Positions 21,533 through 34,153 of a stretch of 39,858 bases of DNA are shown piece after piece. The position numbers were made by a program, and so were the translations under genes. The stretch's first letter is position 1. Each line of letters starts with the position of its first letter. The stretch spans positions 186,001 through 225,858 of the forward strand of contig JAPEUD010000038.1 in NCBI GenBank assembly GCA_026026165.1, given 5' to 3'. The notes beneath the pieces were generated by a model, which was not told where the DNA came from, searched no databases, and saw only the letters and a list, made by a program, of their open reading frames with translations. This DNA is from Sarea resinae (taxonomy: Eukaryota).

Positions 21533-22845
21533 ATGGGTGTTACCGATATCCTCAGCAGGAAGACTGGTGTTATCGTCGGAGACGACGTGTACAACGTACG
21601 TATCCGTGCCCCGCCGAAGTGCGACCGATCAGGTCGATGAGGCATTAAAAGTTCACGTACTGACAATCCCAAAGCTTTTCAAATACGCACAGGAGAAGGT
21701 CTTTGCTATTCCTGCCATCGTAAGCCTGCGCTAGTCTTTGATGCTACGAATAAACAACTAATTCTTGACAGAACGTGACCTCTTCTTCTACTGCCGTTGC
21801 CGCTCTCGAGGCTGCTCGGGACAAGAAGTCCCCCATCATCCTGCAAATCTCAAACGGTGGTGGTGCCTACTTTGCCGGAAAGGTAAATCAATCTTAGGAC
21901 TGTACCTTGATTCCACGACTAATGCTTTGCAGGGCGTATCAAATGAGGGCCAGAAGGCTGCCATTGCCGGTGCCATCGCTGGCGCTCACTACATCCGAAG
22001 TGTCGCTCCAGCATACGGCATCCCAGTCGTTCTCCACACCGACCACTGCGCAAAGAAGCTTCTCCCATGGTTGGACGGTATGCTTGATGAGGATGAGGCT
22101 TACTTCAAGCTTCACGGCGAGCCCCTCTTCTCCTCCCACATGATTGACTTGTCTGAGGAGAGCGTTGAGTACAACCTAACCACCACTGCCAAGTACCTGA
22201 AGAGAGCCGCACCCATGAAGCAGTTCCTCGAGATGGTAAGTTTTCTCGTTCCTCTAGCTCGATCAAACTCTTACAGATTGCTAGGAAATCGGTATCACTG
22301 GTGGTGAGGAAGATGGTGTCAACAACGAAGATGTTGACAACAACTCGCTCTACACTCAACCCGAGGACATCTACCAAATCTACCAGACCCTTCTGCCCAT
22401 CAGCCCCTTCTTCTCCATTGCTGCCGGTTTCGGCAACGTTCACGGTGTCTACAAGCCCGGAAACGTGAAGCTCCACCCCGAGCTTCTGAGCAAGCACCAG
22501 CAATTCGTCAAGGCCAAGGAGAGCAGCAAGACTGACAAGCCTGTCTTCTTCGTCTTCCACGGCGGTTCCGGCTCCTCCAAGAAGGAGTACAAGGACGCCA
22601 TCAGCTATGGTGTGGTCAAAGTCAACCTGGACACTGACCTGCAATACGCCTACCTCACTGGTATCCGAGACTACGTCCTTAACAAGAAGGATTACCTCTT
22701 GAAGCAAGTCGGCAACCCCGATGGCGAGGACAAGCCCAACAAGAAGTACTTCGACCCGCGTGTGTGGGTGCGTGAGGGTGAGAAGACCATGAGCGCTCGT
22801 GTGGCCGAGGGTCTCGACGACTTCAACACCTCTGGTCAACTATAA
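21533..22845 (+). CDS. FBA1: Fructose-bisphosphate aldolase class II; exons 21533-21595, 21675-21719, 21772-21882, 21933-22235, 22285-22845
   Basis: Motifs FAIPAI/NVTSSST, VVLHTDHCAKKLLPW, EPLFSSHMIDLSEE, LEM/EIGITGGEEDGV, FGNVHGVY, FVFHGGSGS, KVNLDTD and PNKKYFDPRVWVREGE. All four introns are phase-0 GT-AG. Strong codon bias. Confidence 0.98.
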
Positions 22846-24528
22846 ACGCTTTCTTCTAGATTTTGTCGGTCCTGAAGCCATTGGCAGGCCGTTTTGGTGT
22901 CACGATGGAAACGTCACGTATATAGCTTTGGAGAGATGAAATTCCAACAAGTTATCTAATCCAAGATGATGAAACACGTCTTTTCTTTTTGTTGTTCATC
23001 GGTGAAGGATATTGTTGCATCTGGCAAGCGAAAACGATGATCTTCTAGTTCTAGAACGCTACGGTGCCCACTGTTTGTGGCTCAAGCATCTTGAGCCCTG
23101 AAAGTCTAGAAGGATTGAAAAAGTGGGCGTGTGGGGTGGAAGGGTGAAAGAGTGGAAGAGGCGCTGGCATGTTCAGTGCTCGAGTTCGGCACCTGGGCTC
23201 AAGGAGTACGTACGTACTTTCATGCCTTACCCGGTACGGTAGGTACATTGTACATGGTGAAACAGTGATACCAATCGGCGAACCCCGCGGATAGAGAAAG
23301 TGACTGATACCGATTGGCTGGTAGCTTTCCTGCCGTTGAGTCTAGCGTCTGCCATGTACTTCGTACCGTAACGTGTACGGAGTACATCTGATACTTCGTA
23401 CCTGAACGAGAGCGAGGGTAAAGATAGCAACAAGAAAAGAGGGAGAGCTGGGATCTTGGGATGCCTTCGATTCAACAGTCTCGACATGGGTTTTAAGAAG
23501 AGGGTTCAAGCAGGAGGGTCGCTGCCGTCCGTGGCTGGAGTGCTCGATACGAGTTGACGGTCAGCATGGCCGCCATATCTCGTATCGGTATGAGCTGGGT
23601 GAGCTTGGCTGGCTGGGTGCAGCTGTGTGTGGCCACCTACCTTACCTACCTTGGGTACCTAACTTCCCGACTCTTTCTGATAGTCGTAGTGACCGACTGG
23701 GTACAGCGTCCTACCTTCCAGGTTGCTTTATGACACTGTTCTCGTGGGTTCCTCTGTCGTAGTCGTCTTATGGAGCCCTGCTACTAGGTACTACGCAGTA
23801 CTCCGTCTGTACGCAGTACTGAGAAGAATCTCTGTGGTCTTTGACTACTGTGGTGTCTGGTTCGCAAGCAACGCAAAGATTCTGGTGGACCCTTGACACA
23901 ACCTGAGGCCACGCTACCTCGATGTGGAACCCAGACCGTGTCGCATCTCTCCACACCAATCGATCCCCGTCGATCTCTGTATGTACATACTTACATTGAC
24001 CATCCAAACTTATTCTTAGAGTCGTGAACTAGTGGTGACGGGCTTGAGGGATGATGGCCGTTCAGAGCAGAGCAGATCCTACGGCAGAAGTACCGGGCAC
24101 CGGAAGTTTTCGTAGAGAAGACGTGACTTCACCGTGCACACGACCTTACGCAGTGTTGTTGAGTTCTGGGCTGGACATCTCTGGCTACCGACACCTACTT
24201 CAAGGTAGCTGACCTATCTCTTCTATGCCCAGGTCACGGCTCGTCATCTCTTCCTACGCATTCACCTACTGCATTCGCCCGGCACTGTACATACGATCGT
24301 TGCATCTCGTGAGCCTTTGTCGTTCTTCCTTTATTCCTCCTTTGACCTTTGACCTTTGATCTTGACATTTTTCGATTCACTGCCATCCCTCCCATGGCTT
24401 AATCTTCGTTCATTTACCCCACACTCACCGCACGAGGGCCGGTCCCGAGCATCCCAATCAACGTCAAATCCAAGGCGTCCAAACCGTTGGAGTTGTTGGG
24501 CCGAGGCTATAGCCTACTTCCCGCCGTC

Positions 24529-27500
24529 ATGGCTGATTGGGGTTTGAGCTCGACTCAAACCTCATCCATGTTACCCCGGCAGCAGCAGAGCGAGAGCGGG
24601 GCAGACAAATTTCTTGGTCTCATCTCAGACCCTTTCGAGAGTTCGGTAAGTCTTCTCGGAACGATGGAATCCTGCCCGAGACTGATGAAGGCAACAGTTT
24701 CAAGCCAATGCTTTTTGGGCTTCGATCGGCTCATCCATCGGCGTTACCGTTCTCGGCACCATCTTCTTCTCTTTAATACGACCTCATCACTCCCTCGTCT
24801 ATGCGCCGAAACTCAAGATCGCCGAAGGGAAACGCGCTCTACCGCCCGTGGGTAGAGGACTATTTGCGTGGATCAAGCCAATCATCCAGATCCGGGAAGT
24901 TGATATGGTGGAAAAGATCGGACTGGATGCTATAGTTTTTCTGCGATTCACACGCATGTGCCGAAATCTTTTTGTCATCATGAGCGTCATCGGCTGCCTG
25001 GTGATGATACCGGTCAACGTTGGATTCAGGAACAAATCTCAAGCCAAAAGCTCCTCTAGCTTTCTCTTGATGACTCCCATGTTTGTATCTGGTAAAGCGA
25101 TTTGGGCTCAAGTGGTTTGCGCCTGGGCATTCGACATCGTAATAGCAGTATTTCTATGGACAAATTATCGGGCCATTGTGCGACTGAGGAGGCAGTACTT
25201 TGAGTCTCCGGACTACCAAAAAGCTCTCCATGCAAGGACCCTGATGGTGAGGCTTTCCGAATGAAATCTTGGCATTCGTGAACCCAACTGACGATTCTAG
25301 TTAACCGATATCCCGAGCAATTTCCGCACGGATCAAGGAATTCATCTTCTGACCGAAGAGATCAAGACCGCACGCGAGGTTCCCCGATGTGCGATTGCAC
25401 GAAATGTCAAGATACTACCGTCGCTCATCGAAGAGCACGACGAGACAGTTCGTAAGCTAGAGTCCTATCTGGCAAAGTATCTCAAAAATCCAGACAATCT
25501 ACCACGAGCACGCCCAACTTGTCGCCCTTCCAAGAAAGACAAGAGCTTTCGGACTGGACAGCGGGTGGACGCCATAGAATACCTGACGGAGCGTATTGGT
25601 GACCTGGAGGCTAAGATTAAAGAGGTCCGCCTGACCATTGACAAACGAGACCCCTTGCCCTATGGCTTTGCTAGCTACGATACGATCCCCGAAGCACACA
25701 GGATTGCGTATGCCGCGCGCAACAAGCACAAGCATGGGACGACCATCAAGCTAGCGCCAAGGCCGAATGACTTGATCTGGAGAAACCTGGCACTGTCAAA
25801 AGCTTCTCGGAGATGGCGCAGGTTGACGAATGTTCTCTGGGTCGCTGTGCTAACCTTGATATGGATTGCACCTAACGCATTGATCGCCGTTTTCTTATCT
25901 GATTTGTCTAACCTGGGAACACTGTGGCCAGCTTTCAATACCGAGCTGCATCGTAGCCCCAAAGGCTGGGCTATTGTCCAAGGTATCGCGGCGCCTGCGG
26001 TTACGTCTCTGGTATACCTTCTGCTGCCCATCGCATTTCGACGTCTCTCAATACGTGCCGGAGACAAAACCAAAACATCCCGAGAACGCCATGTCACACA
26101 CCGTTTATACGCCTTTTTTGTATTCAACAACTTGATCGTCTTTTCGGCGTTTTCCGCGGTCTGGCAATTCGTTGCTACCGTCATCGGCGCGAAACAACAT
26201 AACGAGGGAGTGTGGGAAGCCATCAAAGAGGGCCAGCTGTTTTCGAAGCTCATGACTGCATTGTGCAATATCTCAACCTATTGGGTGACATGGATCCTAC
26301 AGCGGAATCTCGGGGCTACGGTCGACTTGGCTCAGCTTCTCAACCTGTCCTGGATTTGGTTCACGAAGACATTTATGAATCCCACTCCACGACAAGAAAT
26401 TGAGTGGACAGCTCCTCCCATGTTTGACTATGCCAGCTACTACAACTACGTGAGAGAATTACCAGCTTTATCGGAACAGAACTAACCATACTCAGTTCCT
26501 CTTCTATGCAACGGTGGCACTTTGTTTCGCTACCATGCAACCTATCGTCCTCCCGGTTACTGCCTTGTACTTTGGCCTAGATTCATGGCTGAAGAAATAT
26601 CTACTGCTGTCCGTATTCCTTTCCTATTCCCTTCGCTGCACGCCCTAATGAATACAGTTATGTCTTCATCACGAAAACGGAGTCCGGTGGACAGTTCTGG
26701 CGTATCATCTACAATCGCTTCCTGTTCGCCACTCTTCTTTCGAACTTTGCGATTGCACTTGTGGTCAAAGCGCGAGGTGATTGGACGATGATTTGCGCCA
26801 TGATTCCACTGCCTTTTCTGTTGCTGGGCTTCAAGTGGTACTGCAGCCGGGCGTTTGACGACCAGATCCATTACTATACCAAGAAAGACCTCGAGTCTTC
26901 CTTGGCAGTCCCTCCCGGCGCCAAGCCACACCGACGCAACGACAAGCTCAGCTATCGTTTCGGTAATCCGGTTCTCTTCAAGCCCTTGATTACTCCCATG
27001 GTGAACGCGAAGGCTCGGCACGTTCTCCCTCAGATATATCGCGGTCGTCTTGAGGCAGATATGGATAGTGCTAGCCTAGCAGGCTATAACGACATAGTCC
27101 TTGACCCGCTGTCCTCTACCAAGACGGGCAAATTAGCGCAGGGAGCAGGGCCTGCTCCATTCGAGTTCGTCGACGAAAACCGTCTAGACTTCTCGTACTA
27201 CAAAAATCGTGACGATTTCGGCGACGAACACGGCGGAGGTGAGATCTATGGTAACCCCATTGATCTGATCTCCGAACGTTCCGATACGCCCAAGAGCTTC
27301 TTGGGCTATGAAGGCCGACCACCCACCCGAGGCTCCCCAGATTCTTCCCGAGCATCTAGCCCGACAGGCTTTGGTATGAATGGCGGTGTTGGCACAACCT
27401 ATCCGGCAGATTACCATCATCCTGCTTATCGCAACGAAGATCTCGGATTACCTCAATTTACCAGCACAGGCTACGGCGATCTTGGTGATCCGTCGGGCTC

Positions 27501-27738
27501 TGGCCATGGCCATGGCCGTGGCGGCGTCTATAATCTCGCCGACGAGAGCCAAACCCATCTTATGTCGAGTGCAGCAGGAATGCCTTACGTCGCCAGTACA
27601 CCGCCGGGAAGTCGTGGCCAAGCCCGAGGTGGTTACGGTGGTGTACCACAGCAGGACGAGGAGGTCGATGCCGATGAGCCGGTGGTAGATCCGTTGAGCT
27701 ATGATTACTTCAGACATGGCGGTGGTAGGACGAGATAG
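24529..27738 (+). CDS. OSCA/TMEM63/Csc1 (DUF221; RSN1_TM-PHM7_cyt-RSN1_7TM) calcium-permeable channel family protein; exons 24529-24645, 24698-25246, 25301-26449, 26496-26608, 26658-27738
   Basis: Motifs FSLIRP..VYAPKLK, GLFAWIKP, IGLDAIVFLRF, ARTLM/LTDIP, VDAIEYL, YGFASY, LAPRPNDLIWRNL and KKYLLLYVFITKTESGG. Four GT-AG introns restore one continuous frame. Confidence 0.93.
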
Positions 27739-28403
27739 TCGATGGCTCTCGTCATCTTTGTATAAATCTCTCTCCTTGGGGGTTTGTGTGGCTTCATGAG
27801 TTTTTGGTATGGCGTCCGGGTTGGGGCCAGGCTCGGTCCAGCTTCAATTGGGCTGAGCTGATTAGATGAGGCAAATTACGAAAATGGCTTATGAGCGACG
27901 AATTGGATTTGAATGCTATAGAGATGAGGGGAGGGCTCGTAAAGGGAGAAGGGGCTCGGGAGGCGGGCGGAACAGCACATGTACTTTGATATATCTATTC
28001 GTCTACGTCTTTGCTAAGGCGGGATATGTACACATAGATGACGAGAACGTGTCTCTTCGGTAAGAAGAGCGACCACGACTTGCTTTTCTTACATTTGGTG
28101 TTGAATGAAGTCACAGATAGAGGGCTCTTGTGCCGATCGCCACTGTTGAATTGTGGCGTCCAATCGTGCCCACTTCCCCCCTGTCGCATTGACGTATCTA
28201 AGCGAACAACTCAAGTTGCCCCTCACTACTACCAACTCTGGCAGTACCTGGAATACATGAGGCAATTGGAAGTTTACTTTGTACAGGTAGCCCCTCAGGT
28301 TGGAGACCCCACTACGATAACCGTCACTCCACCGACTTACTTTCTGTCATTGTCTCTTCAACCTCAGTCTCAAGATTTTGTGTAAGAATACTCATCCAGC
28401 AAC

Positions 28404-30239
<1,836 letters not shown>

Positions 30240-30917
30240 ACTCTCGACGGAGAGCAGCACGCAAAGGGATCGACGATGTGCCAGTCGCCGATCACCTGGA
30301 CGGCCCTCGAACCTTGCCGACGACCGGATCTATCCCTGCAACGAGACACGAGTAGCGAAAAGCAATAGAGACATGTATCGTACCAAGTGAATGAAGCGAT
30401 GGTCGTCTTTTCCGATGTGCATTGCCCATGGCTCCCCCATCCTCTCCGACGCACGAGGTATGAGGTATGAAGTAGTCGGTCGTAGTAGATAGGCAGTAGA
30501 TAGGTCGTAGAGCATCGAGAGTGCTGATGGACTCTGCGTGATGAATGAGGTGCGGGGGGATCTACTCGTAGTACGTGTAGTACGTGTGATCTGTGGACGG
30601 ATTCGCTCGTTTCGCTCAAGCAGGGAAATCACGGAAGCCGGTGACGTCGACAAGCGAGAGAACGCGTAGGCTGGTCTTGGCCCTGGCCGAGATGGAGGAG
30701 AGGGAGGGAGCAGAGGAAATCGAGGGAATCCCTTACGAGGGCTCCCTATCGAGTACTGGCCTACCTTACTCACCTACCTACTCCGGACACTTTGTACCTG
30801 ACCTTTCATATCTACGGAGTATGCAGTACTGACCACCTGCGGAGTAAACTACTGCCGTAGACCAACCCTCCCCCCCCCACGATCTCATCTCATCTGATCT
30901 GACCACAACGAGCTCAA

Positions 30918-31049
30918 CACCAGTATCACCAGTATCACCAGTATCACCAGTATTCATCTCCTTTGCTGTCCCGCTGGTGCAAGTTCTCCATCCAGACAGT
31001 CCCCGATCCTCTCCTTGCTCATCATCGTTGCCATCGTTGCCATCGTTGC
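30918..31049 (+). repeat. Two perfect 9-bp tandem arrays upstream of KES1: (CACCAGTAT)x4 at 30918-30953 and (CATCGTTGC)x3 at 31023-31049
   Basis: Directly visible exact repeats. Confidence 0.9.
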
Positions 31050-31163
31050 CACTCTCGAGTGTCCGTCACCTCGTTATTGACTAGCCATCCCCATTCCTAC
31101 CGTAACCTAGCCCCAACATCTCCCGTGTCCTCGACGGGCCTATCCACAACCACCACCCCCGAC

Positions 31164-32529
31164 ATGGCATCTTCAGAAGATCCGGTAGCCGTGTCGTCGC
31201 AGACCAAGAATTCGGGCTCATGGGGTGCTTTTCTGAAAGTTCGTCTCTTCATACCAGACCACGTAAATGGCTCACATCTAACGCCGCCTCCAGTCGATCG
31301 CCTCGTTCAACGGAGACCTCGCATCTCTCACTGCCCCGCCATTCATCCTCTCCACAACCTCCCTCACCGAGTATTCCTCTTACTGGGCCGAGCACCCTTC
31401 GCTCTTCGTCGCGCCCGCCTCGGAGCCTGATCCACAGAAGCGTGCCGTCTTGGTGCTGAAGTGGTTCCTCAGCACGCTGAAGCAGCAGTACTGTAGCCGG
31501 AACGAGGAGCTTGGCAGCGAGAAGAAACCCCTGAATCCTTTCCTGGGGGAATTGTTCTTGGGCAAGTGGGAGGATGAAGCTGGAGTGACACAACTGGTGT
31601 CGGAGCAGGTCAGGTAGGGTCGGATCTTGTCCAGCTTGGCGAATGCGTCACTCTAATTCATGCCAGCCATCATCCGCCTGTCACTGCCTACTCCATCTGG
31701 AACGACAAGCACGGGATTCGGGTAAGCTTCCCCTCCAGCATCCTCACTTCTGGATCGCGAATCTGACGCTCCTCAGCTTCAAGGCTACAACGGCCAAAAG
31801 GCTGCCTTTTCCAGCACCATCACCGTCAAGCAAGTAGGTCGCGCCATCCTCCACATCGACGCCTACGACGAAGACTACCTCATCACGCTCCCTTCTCTCC
31901 ACATCGAAGGTCTCATCTACGGCACCCCCTTTGTTGAGCTCGACCGCTCGACCTATATCCAGTCATCCACGGGCTTTACCGCCAAGATAGAGTACAGCGG
32001 CAAAGGCTGGCTCTCCGGCAAGAAAAATACCTTCACCTCATCCCTCTACCGCACAGGCCACGAGCGCTCCCCACTCTACACGATCGATGGCCAGTGGAAT
32101 GACGTCTTCACCATCAAAGACGCCGCCACCAAAAAGCCCGTCGAAACCTACAGCGCCGCTGACCATCCCACCACGCCCTTGACCGTCTCTCCTCTCTCCG
32201 ACCAAGACATCCTCGAGTCGCGCCGCGCGTGGTCCAAGGTCGCCGACGCCATCACCAAGGGCGACATGGACGCCGCGGGTGCGCAGAAGGCCAAGATCGA
32301 AGACCAGCAGCGCGCTTTGCGCAAGAAGGAGGCTGCCGAGAGCCGCGAGTGGGAGCGGCGCTTCTTCAGCCGTAAGATGACGGACCCCGTCGTCGAGAAG
32401 CTGGGTCCGAAAATCGGTATGAAGTCCGAGCTGGACAAGACGGGCGGCGCATGGTTGTGGGATGAGGACAAGGCGAAGGAGGCCAAGCCGCCGTATGCGG
32501 ATAGCGTTGAGTTCAAGGAATGGTTCTAG
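31164..32529 (+). CDS. KES1: Oxysterol-binding protein, short Osh4/Kes1 type; exons 31164-31238, 31294-31613, 31667-31721, 31777-32529
   Basis: [42 protein letters not shown], the OSBP signature SEQVS/HHPP, and ESRRAW...KIEDQQR. Three GT-AG introns, all in frame. Confidence 0.95.
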
Positions 32530-33201
32530 ACCGGCTTAGAGAGGCATTGTTCTGTGCTTTTTCTTTCCTTTTTTTCACGACTGATTGATTGATGGGCTTT
32601 GTTGGTGTTGATGGATCATGGCCGATGGTCTCAGCCAGTCGGTCGATGAAGCATGCTTTCTTCTTTTTTTTCCCCTCTCTCTTTTGTCCGCCTCTGCTAC
32701 CTTGGAACGGATCCCATGCACGGATCCACTCATCATAATCCTCAAAAGCCTACCATTTTACCCTACCAGCCTTACCTACCTACCCACCTAGTGGAAGTCA
32801 TCTTCTACGCGCATAGAGCTAGAAACAAGTAATAATACAACACCGGGACCCGGTCCTCCACTCCTTTTTTCGCTCCATTCCATCATTGTTATTGTTTCCT
32901 TTTCTTTCACTATCATCTTTTCGAGGCTTCACTCCGCCCTTGTTTCTCCTCCCGCAATCCCATCAGCCCTAACGCCCTTTATACGTAGAATCTGTCCCTC
33001 CATGCCTTGCTCCATCCCTCCCTCCTCTCGCCTAGATCAGCTGGATGGCTAGGCGGACGTGAAAGGAGAATTCTGGCTTTGCATACGTATTATCGAAACC
33101 ACCCGACCCCTGGGGATGCTCCTGCTCTTGCTGTTGCACATTCTCCACAGCAAGAGCTAAGCTACCCATCAGCTTCCCTTTCAAGCGACACGGCGCCGAC
33201 C

Positions 33202-33860
33202 TCACGGCGACGAAAAGAATCGCGCCCGGTAGTACCTAGCCTCGACGATGCTCTCCAGGACATCCTCCCTGGCCTCATGGACGAGCTTCTTGGGCGGCAC
33301 CGCCGCCAGGGCCTCGTCGGACGCCCAGCGCCGTGCGGCCTCCTTGATCGAACTCACGTCCAGGATGCGGTAGTGCAGATGCGCGAGCACGGCGTCGTAG
33401 GGGGCGCGCGCCAGAAACGCCCGGTCCGCGTGCACCGAGTTGCCGGCCAGCATCGCCCGGCCGGCTGTCGGGATGTACGTCTTGATGTAGGCGAGCAGGG
33501 CGGCGGCGGCGGCGGGGGCGGTGGTCGTTGAGGCAAGGGCCGCGCGCGTCAGGCCTGTGGATGCGTGCGTGCGCGTGCACCATTCGTCCATGGCGGCGAG
33601 GCGCGTTTGGGAGTGCTGGATGATGGCGCTGAAGCCCGTGGGGTCGAGCACGTTGAGCTGGGCGTCGGTGATGAAACAGGCGATTTGGAGGATGGAGTCG
33701 GTCGACGGGTCGAGGCCTGTCATCTGTGTGTGTCAGTGGTTGCGTATTGCGAGTTTGCTTGTTTGTGTTTGCATGGGGCGCCGCGAGGACGTGGGAGGCA
33801 TGAGGGACTTGCCTCGCAGTCTATCCAGACTAGAGGGTCGTCTGAACGTGTGAGAGGCAT
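33202..33860 (-). CDS. REX2: Oligoribonuclease (DEDDh, Orn/Rex2); exons 33860-33813 (or from upstream ATG 33938) and 33723-33202
   Basis: PLVWIDCE/MTGLD (ExoI), MDEWCTRTH..TGL, LAGNSVHADRAFL, LHYRILDVSSIKE and HEAREDVLESI. Confidence 0.95.
33724..33812 (-). other. Non-canonical GC-AG intron in REX2 (89 nt)
   Basis: GAG|GCAAGT donor, CACTGAC branch and CACAG|ATG acceptor. This junction restores the conserved DCEMTGL motif exactly. Confidence 0.9.
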
Positions 33861-34153
33861 TTTGCTGCCGAGATTGAATGTGCGGGCGTGTGGTCGATGC
33901 GCTGCTGTGAAAGTGATGTTGAGTGGACTGTTCACCATCTCGATGTTGATATCTTCGGTAGCGAAGAGTTCTCCGCAGGCGAATCCTTATCTTATCTCTC
34001 CTTGTCTTATCGGCTTCGCCGCCCGAGGCCCAGCAAACACGCCCCTCAGTCCCTCGACGATACAGCCAAGGTGCGCAGCTGTCGTCAACATGTCTGCGAC
34101 CGCCAGACCTTCCACAAAGAACACCGCAGAGATCACGAGGAAGCAATTGCGAG

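Noticed and set aside
22105..22839. 244-aa antisense ORF over FBA1 (similar ones over PGM2, REX2 and the oxidoreductase)
   Set aside because: An expected by-product of strong C-ending codon bias, which removes antisense stop codons.
22843..22880. Cryptic peroxisomal (PTS1) extension of FBA1, and likewise of PGM2, by readthrough
   Set aside because: The stops are TAA-ACG and TAG-ACT, not TGA-CTA. The FBA1 extension ends RFCRS*, which is not SKL-like, and I saw no PTS1 after PGM2.
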